Source: an uncultured Kineosporia sp.
GTDB taxonomy: Bacteria; Actinomycetota; Actinomycetes; Actinomycetales; Kineosporiaceae
DNA: 55,443 nt
Direction: 5' to 3'
Assembly: GCA_964250315.1 (NCBI GenBank)
Contig: CAXUFS010000002.1
Coordinates: 1-55,443 of the forward strand
Shown piece by piece: positions 1 to 8,042 of this stretch. The notes under the pieces are model-generated. The model did not search any database and had not been told where the DNA came from. It saw only the letters and a list, made by a program, of their open reading frames with translations. The translations under genes were made by a program, and so were the position numbers. The stretch's first letter is position 1. Every line of letters begins with the position of its first letter.

Positions 1-1317
1 ATCCCGGGCCGCTCGGAGCGAGGCGTCCAGCGCCTGCGTCAAGTCGTGCGCGGCCAGCGCGTGCCGGGCCTGCTCGGCGGCGGCGTCACCGGATCCCTCC
101 TGACTGGCCGCACGCTCAGCCAGTAGCCGGGCTATCGCCGCGTGCAGACGGACCCGCTCGCCGGGCAGCAGATCCTCGTAGACCGCCTCCTGGAGCAGGG
201 CGTGCCGGAATCCGAACCGGTCGCCGTCGTCGGCCACCAGCACCTGGTGAGCCACCGCGTCCCGTAGTGCGGCGTCAGACCCGGCGTCCGGCCAGGACAT
301 CGAGGTGGACGCGGCCGCCCGCAGCAGCCGGTCATCGATCCGGAACGCCCCGATCACCGACGCTGTCCGGACCAGCTGCTGAGTGGCTGGTTGCAGCCGC
401 TCCAGCCGCTCGATCAGCAGGTCAGCGAGTGCGGCGGGAAGCCGCCCGTCGCTGGCCTGAGCCGAGAGCAGCTCTTGGGCGAAGAATGCGTTGCCGGACG
501 AGCGTTCGCCGATCCGGCTCACCAGAGCCGACGAAACCTGGCCTTGGTTAACGGATTCTAGGAAAGCGGCCAGTTCGTCATGATCGAACGGCCGCAGTTC
601 CATCAGCTCGGCCGCCGGCAGCCGGATCAGTTCGGCCAGAAGCGACCGGACCGGGTGCCGGCGATGCAGGTCGTCGGCACGATAGGTGGCCAGGATCAGC
701 AGCGGGTCGCTGCCCAGCCGGGTCAGCAGAAAACGCAGCAGGTCACGGGTGGACTGCTCGGCCCAGTGCAGATCCTCGATGATCAGCACCAGCGGCGCCA
801 CCGTGGTGCTGATCCGCGACAGCGCCTCGCTGACCGCTTCGAACAGGGCCAGCCGGTCCAGGTCGGCGTCCGCTCCGGCTCTGGGCTGGCTGGGCGCCGC
901 GGCCGACTGGGTGGATGGCCGGTCCCGGCCGATCAGATGGGCCAGCCCAGGCCGCATCTCGGCGATCTGAAGGACGACGTCAAGGGTCTTCTGGGCCTGA
1001 GCTCCGGCGCCGGGCTGCTGCCCCTCCCGCAGGACCTGAGCCAGCGCCTCGGACAGCGGCAGGTAGGGCAGGGCGCCGGAGCCGAGATCGACGTTGCGGC
1101 CGGTCAGCACGATCACCCCGCTCTGCCTGGCCCGGCGCCCGAATTCGGCGGCCAGGCTGGTCTTTCCGACCCCCGCGTCGCCGGCCAGCAGCACGGCGGC
1201 CGACGTTCCGGCCACCGCGCCGCTCAGCAGTTCACGCAGGCGCTGGAGCTGGGCGTCGCGCCCGATGAACGGTGCCGTGCTCCGAACTGCAGCCACGTCG
1301 TCCATCGTGTCACCCAT
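1..1317 (-). CDS. LuxR/LAL-family regulator, N-terminal AAA ATPase part (partial; 3' end runs off the window at position 1)
   Basis: Not in the ORF track because it is open to the window edge. Reverse-strand translation from ATG 1317..1315 gives MGDTMDDVAAVRSTAPFIGRDAQLQRLRELL...AAVLLAGDAGVGKTSLAAEF (Walker A, about 1141-1200). Further on it gives APLVLIIEDLHWAEQSTRDLLRFLLT (about 721-798). This layout is typical of large ATP-binding LuxR regulators. The + ORF 580..1623 is its antisense shadow. Confidence 0.75.
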   Translation of the reverse strand, partial: MGDTMDDVAAVRSTAPFIGRDAQLQRLRELLSGAVAGTSAAVLLAGDAGVGKTSLAAEFGRRARQSGVIVLTGRNVDLGSGALPYLPLSEALAQVLREGQQPGAGAQAQKTLDVVLQIAEMRPGLAHLIGRDRPSTQSAAAPSQPRAGADADLDRLALFEAVSEALSRISTTVAPLVLIIEDLHWAEQSTRDLLRFLLTRLGSDPLLILATYRADDLHRRHPVRSLLAELIRLPAAELMELRPFDHDELAAFLESVNQGQVSSALVSRIGERSSGNAFFAQELLSAQASDGRLPAALADLLIERLERLQPATQQLVRTASVIGAFRIDDRLLRAAASTSMSWPDAGSDAALRDAVAHQVLVADDGDRFGFRHALLQEAVYEDLLPGERVRLHAAIARLLAERAASQEGSGDAAAEQARHALAAHDLTQALDASLRAARD

Positions 1318-1526
1318 CCGTTCCGCGCTGCCGTGTGCTGTGCTCGTCGCTGGGCGCGGACGGAGCGGATGATCGCCTGGCGCTGGGCGCCCTGCTCGGC
1401 CCGGCGGGACAGGTCCAGTTGTGATCCGTGGAATCCGTCCACGCTGACTCCGCCCAGGACTTGTCTGTGCAGTGCCGGGCTGTGCAGTGCTGGGCTGAGA
1501 AGTAGAGACCGGGCTCCGGTGCTCAT
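1224..1526 (-). CDS. Candidate small ORF upstream of and overlapping the LuxR start (unknown function)
   Basis: ATG at 1526 is preceded by a strong SD (reverse strand ccaccAAGGAGGacaccATG). The central part (VLGGVSVDGFHGSQLDLSRRAEQGAQRQAIIRSVRAQ) has mostly G/C third positions. It contains an in-frame 5-aa duplication (SPALH SPALH). The 3' part overlaps the LuxR CDS out of frame, so the real end is unclear. I recognise no homology. Confidence 0.3.
   Translation of the reverse strand: MSTGARSLLLSPALHSPALHRQVLGGVSVDGFHGSQLDLSRRAEQGAQRQAIIRSVRAQRRAQHTAARNGWVTRWTTWLQFGARHRSSGATPSSSACVNC
1465..1494. repeat. 15-bp direct tandem repeat x2 (ctgtgcagtgcCggg / ctgtgcagtgcTggg)
   Basis: Read directly from the sequence at 1465-1479 and 1480-1494, with one mismatch. 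It lies in the LuxR upstream region, inside the candidate small ORF. Confidence 0.9.
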
Positions 1527-1771
1527 GGTGTCCTCCTTGGTGGATGTCGTGCTTACAGCCTGTCCGCCAGCACCCGGCTCCGGATCCGGCAGTCAGGCAG
1601 GACCTCAGCTCCTGAGGCCTTAGATCCACCGCTGATCGCCGCCGCTGGGCGGTCAGGCCTCAGGGTGCTGCTGGGCCCGTGTCCGGCAGCAGCGGGCGGA
1701 GGGATGAGCCAGGATGGGCCCCAGTTGCGTCCGGGCGTCGAACCAGAGCGCTCAGCGATCGAAGGAGACCG

Positions 1772-3094
1772 ATGAGCACCAGGTTGTTGATCCGAAACGG
1801 CACCGTCATCACCCCGGACGCGCCGCACGGGCGAGCCGCCACCGATGTGCTGGTCGTGGACGGCACCATCGCGAGCGTCGGCCCGGCAGGCGAATCAGTG
1901 GACGCCGAGGTGATCGACGCGACCGGCACCGTGGTCGTACCCGGCTTCGTCGACACCCATCGTCACAGCTGGGAGACCGCGATGCGGGGCTCGCTGCCGT
2001 CCTGTTCGCTCGGCGGCTACCTGCAGGCCGTCAACGGCCAGGCGGCACCGCGGTACACACCCGAGGACATCCGGATCGGCACTCTGGCCGGCGCGCTCGA
2101 CGCCCTGAACGCCGGCGTCACGACGATCTTCGACTGGTCACACTGCAACAACACCCCTGAACATGCCGACGCCGGTGTCGCAGGGCTGCGGGAGGCGGGA
2201 ATCCGGGCCGTTTACGGGCACGGCACGCCCTCGCTCGAGGGCTGGTGGTTCTTCTCCGGCAAGGAGCATCCTGACGCCCGCCGGGTCCGGGAGACCCACT
2301 TCTCCTCCGACGCCGGCCTGCTGACCTTCGCGCTGGCGGTCAGAGGCCCCGTGATGACCTTGCCGCACGTCGTCGAGCACGACTGGCGGCTGGCCCGGGA
2401 GCTCAACGCGCTCATCTCCGTCCATGCGGGCATGCGCGTCACCGGCTTCGACATGAGGATGGTGGCCGAGCTCGAGCAGCAGGGCCTGCTCGGTGCGGAC
2501 ACGGTGTACGTGCACGCGAACACGTGGACGGACGAGGACTTCGCGCTCGTCGCGGCCAGCGGCGGCCGGGTCTCGATCACCCCCCTCGTGGAGATGGTGA
2601 TGGGTCACGGCCGGCCGCCGATGCTGCGTTCGCTCGCCGCCGGTGTCCGCCCCGGACTGGGAACCGACGTGGCGACCACCGTCCCCGGGGACCTGTTCAC
2701 GCAGATGCGGCAGGCACTGGCGTGGAACCGGATCCAGTCCTTCCCGGACGACCAGTCGGTGGACTTCGAGTCGTCGTACACGGAGCAGGACGCCTTTCTG
2801 GCCGCCACTCGCGACGGTGCCGCCGTGTGCGGCCTGGAGAACCGGGTAGGAGCAATTCAGGAGGGACTGGACGCCGACATCGTTCTGGTCCGGACGGACA
2901 TGATCAACACGGCGCCGGTCTCCGATCCGCTGGCGACCGTCGTCTGTATCGCCGACGTCTCCAACGTCGACACGGTGCTGGTCCGCGGGGAGGTCAAGAA
3001 ACGGGCCGGCGTGCTGGCGGGCGTGGACCTGCCGAAGCTCCTGGCCGAGCTGGGGACCTCCCGGGAGAACGTCCTGGGGGGCAGTCAGACGTGA
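1772..3094 (+). CDS. Amidohydrolase-family metal-dependent hydrolase (deaminase/chlorohydrolase-like)
   Basis: ORF 1679..3094 trimmed to ATG 1772, which is preceded by GAAGGAG (1761-1767). N-terminus is MSTRLLIRNGTVITPD...VVVPGFVDTHRHSWET, with the HxH metal motif of the amidohydrolase superfamily. Confidence 0.85.
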   Translation: MSTRLLIRNGTVITPDAPHGRAATDVLVVDGTIASVGPAGESVDAEVIDATGTVVVPGFVDTHRHSWETAMRGSLPSCSLGGYLQAVNGQAAPRYTPEDIRIGTLAGALDALNAGVTTIFDWSHCNNTPEHADAGVAGLREAGIRAVYGHGTPSLEGWWFFSGKEHPDARRVRETHFSSDAGLLTFALAVRGPVMTLPHVVEHDWRLARELNALISVHAGMRVTGFDMRMVAELEQQGLLGADTVYVHANTWTDEDFALVAASGGRVSITPLVEMVMGHGRPPMLRSLAAGVRPGLGTDVATTVPGDLFTQMRQALAWNRIQSFPDDQSVDFESSYTEQDAFLAATRDGAAVCGLENRVGAIQEGLDADIVLVRTDMINTAPVSDPLATVVCIADVSNVDTVLVRGEVKKRAGVLAGVDLPKLLAELGTSRENVLGGSQT

Positions 3095-3236
3095 CGCACC
3101 GCTGACGCGTGTTCGGGCGGCTGCAGCCCCGGGGGATCCTCGGCCTGCCACGCGGGCCCCTGCCCGAGGCAGGCTGCTGCGGATGCGCATTCGTATCCTG
3201 GCCGGCAGCCGAGGTGGCAGACGGGAGGCGCAGCGA

Positions 3237-4037
3237 GTGGTCGGGTCCGGGACGGTGATCAACGTCGCCAGTGTCCTGGTCGGTTCCGGTGCCGGTGTGG
3301 CGCTCGGGCATCGCCTGCCCCAGCGCACCCGAGATGTCGTGACCGACGGCCTGGGCCTGATTACCCTGCTCGTCGCGGCGCTGTCGGCGGCCGCCGTGGC
3401 CGATCCCGCCCTGCGTGCGGCCGTTGGCTCCGGGGCGGTCATCGTCGTCCTGGGGTCGGTGCTGATCGGCGGCATCGCCGGTTCGCTGCTGCGCTTCGAG
3501 GACAGGCTGGAGGGTGTGGGCGAACGCATTCGGTCGGTCAGCCTGCGCCGCCGCCGGGCCGCCGCGATGACGGCGGATGCGGACCAGGAGCCAGACGCCG
3601 CTAGCGCGACAACCGAGCAAGCCGCAGCCGCCCGTTTCGTCGACGGTTTCGTCACCGCCTCGTTGGTCTTCTGCGTCGGACCGCTCGGCATCCTGGGCGC
3701 CCTGTCCGACGGGCTCGGCCGCGGCGTCGATCAGCTGCTCCTGAAGTCGGTCCTCGACGGCTTCGCGTCGCTGGCCTTCGCCGCTTCCCTCGGCTGGGGC
3801 GTGGCCGCCTCCGCCATCGTTGTCGCCGTCTACCAAGGCCTGTGGACCTTCATCGGCTGGTCCCTGGGTGGCCTTCTCTCCGACGCCCAGATCGCCGCAC
3901 TCACCGCAACCGGTGGCCTCCTGCTGGCAGGCATCGGCCTGCGCCTGCTGCGGATCCGGTCCGTCCCGGTCGGTGACCTTCTGCCCGCGTTGCTGGTCGC
4001 GCCCCTGATCGTCTGGGTCGTCTCCGCCCTGACCTGA
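3237..4037 (+). CDS. DUF554-family integral membrane protein
   Basis: GTG 3237 follows GGGAGG (3223-3228). N-terminus VVGSGTVINVASVLVGSGAGVALGHRLPQRTRDVVTDGLGLITLL and the later FVDGFVTASLVFCVGPLGILGALSDGL...LLLKSVLDGF match the DUF554 (YdfK/YqgA-like) pattern. It has a charged Arg/Ala-rich central loop. Confidence 0.7.
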   Translation: MVGSGTVINVASVLVGSGAGVALGHRLPQRTRDVVTDGLGLITLLVAALSAAAVADPALRAAVGSGAVIVVLGSVLIGGIAGSLLRFEDRLEGVGERIRSVSLRRRRAAAMTADADQEPDAASATTEQAAAARFVDGFVTASLVFCVGPLGILGALSDGLGRGVDQLLLKSVLDGFASLAFAASLGWGVAASAIVVAVYQGLWTFIGWSLGGLLSDAQIAALTATGGLLLAGIGLRLLRIRSVPVGDLLPALLVAPLIVWVVSALT

Positions 4038-4098
4038 CCTCATGCAGGACCCGGACCCCGTTCTGAGGCATCGCCTGGCCGGCGGCTGACGATGGACA

Positions 4099-5751
4099 AT
4101 GACCGCCATGGCTGACGCGGACGTGATCGTGGTCGGGGCCGGGCTGGCCGGGCTGGTGGCGACCGCGGAACTGGCCGAGGCCGGGCGGCGGGTGCTGCTG
4201 CTGGACCAGGAGCCGGAGAACTCGATCGGCGGCCAGGCGTTCTGGTCATTCGGCGGCCTGTTCCTGGTCGACTCCCCGGAGCAGCGCCGGATGGGGATCA
4301 GGGATTCGGCCGAGCTGGCCTGGCAGGACTGGCAGGGGAGTGCCGGATTCGACCGGCCAGAGGACCACTGGCCCAGGCGCTGGGCGCAGGCCTACGTCGA
4401 ATGGGCCGCCGGAGAAAGCCGCGGCTGGCTGAAAGAGCTTGGCATCGGCCTGTTTCCGATCGTCGGCTGGGCTGAGCGGGGTGGGGCGTCGGCGACCGGG
4501 CCCGGCAACTCGGTGCCGCGATTCCACGTCACCTGGGGGACCGGGCCGGGTGTGGTCGAGCCGTTCGAGCGGCAGGTCCGGGCCGGGATGGAATCCGGAC
4601 TGGTCAGCTTCCGGGCCCGGCACCGGGTGGACGAGCTGATCAGCTCCGGCGCTGGCGTGACCGGCGTACGGGGGTCGATCCTCGAACCCAGTTCCGTGCT
4701 GCGCGGCCAGCCCAGTTCCCGAACGGTCATCGGAGACTTCGAGCTGGCCGCCGGTGCGGTGATCGTGACCTCGGGCGGGATCGGCGGTGACCACGACCTG
4801 GTCCGGAAGAACTGGCCGGCCCGGATGGGGCGCCCGCCCGCCAGCATGCTGTGCGGCGTCCCCGCCCACGTCGACGGGCGGATGCTGCGGATCACTCAGG
4901 ATGCCGGGGCCAGCGTGATCAACGAGGACCGGATGTGGCACTACACCGAGGGCATCCAGAACTGGGATCCGATCTGGCCCGGCCATGGGATCCGGATCCT
5001 GCCCGGTCCCTCGTCGCTCTGGCTGGACGCGCTGGGGCGGCGCCTGCCCGCGCCGCTCTTTCCTGGCTTCGACACCCTGGCCACGCTGGAACACATCGTG
5101 GCCACCCGCTCCAGCCACACCTGGTTCGTGCTCACCCAGCGGATCATCGAACGCGAGTTCGCCCTGTCCGGGTCGGAGCAGAACCCCGACCTGACCGGCC
5201 GGGACTGGCGGCAGGTACTGGGCCGGATCCGCCCAGGCGCTCCGGCCCCGGTGCAGGCGTTCGTGAACAAGGGCGCCGACTTCGTCACCGCGTCGTCCCT
5301 GCCCGGCCTGGTGGCCGGGATGAACCGGCTGACCGGGCATCCGCTGCTCGATCCGGGCGCGCTGACCCGGATCGTCGAAGCCCGCGACCGCGAGGTGGAG
5401 AACGCCTTCGGCAAGGATGCGCAGCTCACCGCCGTCCGCGGCGCTCGCCGGTACCGCGGCGACCGGCTGATCCGGGTGGCCAGACCGCATCGGCTGCTCG
5501 ACCCCAAGGCAGGGCCCCTGATCGCGGTGAAGCTGCACATTCTGACCCGCAAGTCGCTGGGGGGCCTCGAGACCGACCTGGATGCGGCCGTCCTGGCCCC
5601 GGGCGGAGCGCCGATCCCGGGTCTGTTCGCGGCCGGGGAGGTGGCCGGTTTCGGCGGCGGCGGCGTCCACGGTTATCGGTCGCTGGAGGGAACGTTTCTG
5701 GGCGGTTGCCTGTTCTCCGGCCGGATCGCCGGCCGATCAGCGGCCCGCTGA
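4099..5751 (+). CDS. FAD-binding dehydrogenase (COG3573-like oxidoreductase)
   Basis: N-terminus ADVIVVGAGLAGLVATAELAEAGRRVLLLDQE carries a GxGxxG FAD fold. The C-terminus PGLFAAGEVAGFGGGGVHGYRSLEGTFLGGCLFSGRIAG is typical of the roughly 550-aa actinobacterial 'FAD-binding dehydrogenase' family. Confidence 0.8.
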   Translation: MTAMADADVIVVGAGLAGLVATAELAEAGRRVLLLDQEPENSIGGQAFWSFGGLFLVDSPEQRRMGIRDSAELAWQDWQGSAGFDRPEDHWPRRWAQAYVEWAAGESRGWLKELGIGLFPIVGWAERGGASATGPGNSVPRFHVTWGTGPGVVEPFERQVRAGMESGLVSFRARHRVDELISSGAGVTGVRGSILEPSSVLRGQPSSRTVIGDFELAAGAVIVTSGGIGGDHDLVRKNWPARMGRPPASMLCGVPAHVDGRMLRITQDAGASVINEDRMWHYTEGIQNWDPIWPGHGIRILPGPSSLWLDALGRRLPAPLFPGFDTLATLEHIVATRSSHTWFVLTQRIIEREFALSGSEQNPDLTGRDWRQVLGRIRPGAPAPVQAFVNKGADFVTASSLPGLVAGMNRLTGHPLLDPGALTRIVEARDREVENAFGKDAQLTAVRGARRYRGDRLIRVARPHRLLDPKAGPLIAVKLHILTRKSLGGLETDLDAAVLAPGGAPIPGLFAAGEVAGFGGGGVHGYRSLEGTFLGGCLFSGRIAGRSAAR

Positions 5752-5784
5752 CCCACTGCCATCACCGATCGAGGAGTCTCACCC

Positions 5785-6189
5785 ATGTTGAACGACGCGG
5801 CCCGCGCGGCCATCGACTCGAACCGGCTCGGGCATCTGACCACGCTGAACGCCGACGGCAGCCCGCAGACCACGGTGATCTGGGCCGGGATGGAGGGCGA
5901 CACCGTCGTGATCGCTTCGCTGGACGAGCGGGCCAAGATCCGCAACGTCCGGCGTGATCCCCGGGTGAGCCTGTCGATGGAGGCGCAGGGCTCGACCGGC
6001 GGCCTGCCCAACTACCTGGTGGTCGAGGGTGAGGCGGTGGTGATCAGCGGCGGGGCGTTCGAGTGGCTGCAGCATCTGGCCGTGCAGTACATCGGCCCGG
6101 ACTCCGGCTTCCCGGACGAATCCCGGCGCCGCCCCGGCTACCGGATCGTGATCACACCCACCCGAGTTCGCGGCGTCGGACCCTGGTAG
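5785..6189 (+). CDS. PPOX-class (pyridoxamine 5'-phosphate oxidase fold) probable F420-dependent enzyme
   Basis: 134 aa. The sequence AAIDSNRLGHLTTLNADGSPQTTVIWAGMEGDTVVIASLDERAKIRNVRRDPRVSLS is the typical N-terminal pattern of the actinobacterial PPOX/F420 family. Confidence 0.8.
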   Translation: MLNDAARAAIDSNRLGHLTTLNADGSPQTTVIWAGMEGDTVVIASLDERAKIRNVRRDPRVSLSMEAQGSTGGLPNYLVVEGEAVVISGGAFEWLQHLAVQYIGPDSGFPDESRRRPGYRIVITPTRVRGVGPW

Positions 6190-6190
6190 G

Positions 6191-6230
6191 CCGTCCAGCC
6201 GTCCAGCCGTCCAGCCGTCCAGCCGTCCAG
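6191..6230. repeat. 8-bp perfect tandem repeat (CCGTCCAG)x5
   Basis: Five contiguous perfect copies at 6191-6198, 6199-6206, 6207-6214, 6215-6222 and 6223-6230. They fill nearly the whole 44-bp spacer between convergent stop codons (TAG 6187-6189; reverse TGA 6234-6236). Confidence 0.95.
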
Positions 6231-6233
6231 CCC

Positions 6234-7445
6234 TCAGACCAGGCCACCGGCCGGGCCGCGGGCGACCGCGTACCCGATCAGCGGGATCGGCGGGACGGCG
6301 ATCAGCAGGATGGTCCACGGCAGGCTCACCCCGGCAGCCGGCAGCAGCCCGGCAATCGCCAGCACCGCCACCGCTGCCGCGATGATGGGACCGCCAGCGC
6401 TGACCGAGGCCGCATGCAGCGGAGCGTTCAGGCCCCAGATCAGAACCATGAACAACGCCACGGGGATCGCCACCGACAGCGCCACGCCGCGGTCGCTGAT
6501 CTCCAGATGGTGCAGCAAGGCGGCAGCCACCACTTCCAGGCCGGCCGCCAGCGCACCGAGGGCGCCGTGGACGAAGAAGTGCCCGTAACCCCAGTAGAAC
6601 GACCACCGCCGATGCGTGGCCAGGCCCTCGCCGGACGGCTTCAGGAAGTACAGCCACCACAGCTCGAAGATGATCATCAGGCTGGCGATGAAGGCGATCA
6701 CGACGTCCGCGCTCCAGCCGGCCTCGTCGATGGACGCCTGGATCGCGACCGTGGCCGACACCACGCACTCACCCAGCACGATGATGGTGAACAGGCCATA
6801 GCGCTCGGCGATGTGATGCGGGTGCCAGGTGGTCATGCTGCTCCGCTCGGCCACGAACGGTACCGAGATCTCGGCCAGCGCCAGCAGGATGAAGGACAGC
6901 GCCGCCGCGGCCGGCCGGTCCTCCAGCAGCAGCCGGAACAACCAGAGGACCTGAAGGACGGCGATCAGGCCCGCATACCGCCGGGTCGCCGTCCGGTGCT
7001 CCGGGTCGGATCGGGAGGCCCTCAGCCACTGCGCCACCATGGCGATCCGCATCACGAAGTAGCCGATGACCACGGCGGTGAACCGGCCCTCGAACGCCTG
7101 CGGCACCCCGGCCGCGACGATCAGCACGCCGGCCATCTGCACCATGGTCAGCAACCGGTAGGGGACGTCGTCGGTGTCGTAGGCCGAGGCGAACCAGGTG
7201 AAGTTCATCCAGGCCCACCAGATGGCGAAGAACACCAGCAGGAATGAGCCCAGCGCTGGGCCGGGGCGATCCTCTTCCAGCTTGTGCGCTGTGGCCACCG
7301 CCGCCTGGGCCACCGCCACCACGAAGGTGAGATCGAACAGCAGCTCCAGTGGAGTGGAGGTGCGGTGGCTCTCGTTGGTCGGCCGGGCCGTCATCGGCAC
7401 CCGCCAGCGGCTGGACGCGGCGGTCGGTGGCGAGGTCGGCGTCAC
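6234..7445 (-). CDS. Low-temperature-requirement A (LtrA)-family membrane protein
   Basis: N-terminal STPLELLFDLTFVVAVAQAA motif plus about 10 hydrophobic segments. An alternative start is Met18 (7394). Confidence 0.8.
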   Translation of the reverse strand: MTPTSPPTAASSRWRVPMTARPTNESHRTSTPLELLFDLTFVVAVAQAAVATAHKLEEDRPGPALGSFLLVFFAIWWAWMNFTWFASAYDTDDVPYRLLTMVQMAGVLIVAAGVPQAFEGRFTAVVIGYFVMRIAMVAQWLRASRSDPEHRTATRRYAGLIAVLQVLWLFRLLLEDRPAAAALSFILLALAEISVPFVAERSSMTTWHPHHIAERYGLFTIIVLGECVVSATVAIQASIDEAGWSADVVIAFIASLMIIFELWWLYFLKPSGEGLATHRRWSFYWGYGHFFVHGALGALAAGLEVVAAALLHHLEISDRGVALSVAIPVALFMVLIWGLNAPLHAASVSAGGPIIAAAVAVLAIAGLLPAAGVSLPWTILLIAVPPIPLIGYAVARGPAGGLV

Positions 7446-7499
7446 CTTGCGAATCCTGGCATGCGGGACGGCGGCCAGTCGCTGCCGAACGGCTCAGCT

Positions 7500-7563
7500 G
7501 CGCCGAACTGTTCAGGCAGCGCCGAACTGTTCAGGCAGCGCCGAACTGTTCAGGCAGCGCCGA
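7500..7563. repeat. 19-bp tandem repeat x3.4 (GCGCCGAACTGTTCAGGCA)
   Basis: Perfect copies at 7500-7518, 7519-7537 and 7538-7556, plus a partial copy at 7557-7563. Each unit contains the inverted repeat GAAC-t-GTTC. Because 19 is not a multiple of 3, all three + frames show the cyclic peptide ...AELFRQRRTVQAAPNCSGS... Confidence 0.95.
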
Positions 7564-7885
7564 TGGTGCGGATGCCGGGAATGGGCGGTCCCGCTGGAGC
7601 AGCGCCCGGTGTGGCCGGACCGGCGTCCGAGATCCGGGCCGCGACCGCGCGCAGACCGGCGGCGGCGCATTGATGCAGCAGCCAGGTGCCGTCGTCGGTC
7701 TCGCCCAGCCGATCCAGCAACCGCTGGGCGGCGGCCGCGTCCCGCAGCAGGGTGGCTACCTCCAGGCGGGCCAGCACCTCGGCCAGCTCGGCCGAACGCT
7801 GCTGATACGGGTCCTCATCAGAACCATGCGCGTAGGGCGCGAGCCAGGACCCGGTCTCAGCCTCCGGGCGCGGACGCCATCTCAT
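7550..7885 (-). CDS. Hypothetical protein (111 aa, helical, Ala/Leu-rich)
   Basis: ORF with a GAGGGG about 9 nt upstream of the ATG and moderately high GC3. No family recognised. The stop codon lies inside the first (reverse-sense) copy of the 19-bp repeat. Confidence 0.4.
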   Translation of the reverse strand: MRWRPRPEAETGSWLAPYAHGSDEDPYQQRSAELAEVLARLEVATLLRDAAAAQRLLDRLGETDDGTWLLHQCAAAGLRAVAARISDAGPATPGAAPAGPPIPGIRTIGAA

Positions 7886-8042
7886 CCCATCAGCCCCTCA
7901 TGGTCCGCAGCGCCGGTGCCGCCCGGCCGGTGCTTTGCCGCGATCGCCCGATCTCTGACAACTGGGCCGGACGTCCCCATGCACAGACCATAACCCCCTG
8001 AACGGGTCAGCGGATCTGGATGGCTGAGTGAGTCGAATCAGA

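Noticed and set aside
580-1623. 347-aa + strand ORF (Gln/Arg/Gly/Pro-rich), plus nested + ORFs at 686..970, 915..1268 and 1094..1372
   Set aside because: It is the antisense shadow of the LuxR/AAA regulator on the minus strand. That strand carries a clean Walker A (GDAGVGKT) and a sensible N-terminus. The + frame composition is junk-like.
2138-3691. 517-aa minus-strand ORF spanning the amidohydrolase and DUF554 genes
   Set aside because: It is Arg/Pro/Gly-rich, has no motifs, and lies antisense to two well-supported + strand genes. This is a typical high-GC artefact. The same reasoning applies to 2994..4109, 4246..5670, 5779..6768, 6063..7247, 8445..9551, 12807..14141, 12922..14394, 14670..15827, 15244..16182, 16506..17324, 22402..23340, 24273..25091, 25391..26695, 28032..28862, 40620..42350, 43202..43990, 46563..47531, 47829..49502, 49325..50593, 51890..52813 and 53869..54864.
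7500-7563. Possible CRISPR array
   Set aside because: The 19-bp units are directly adjacent with no spacers. There are only 3.4 copies and no cas genes. This is a simple tandem repeat.
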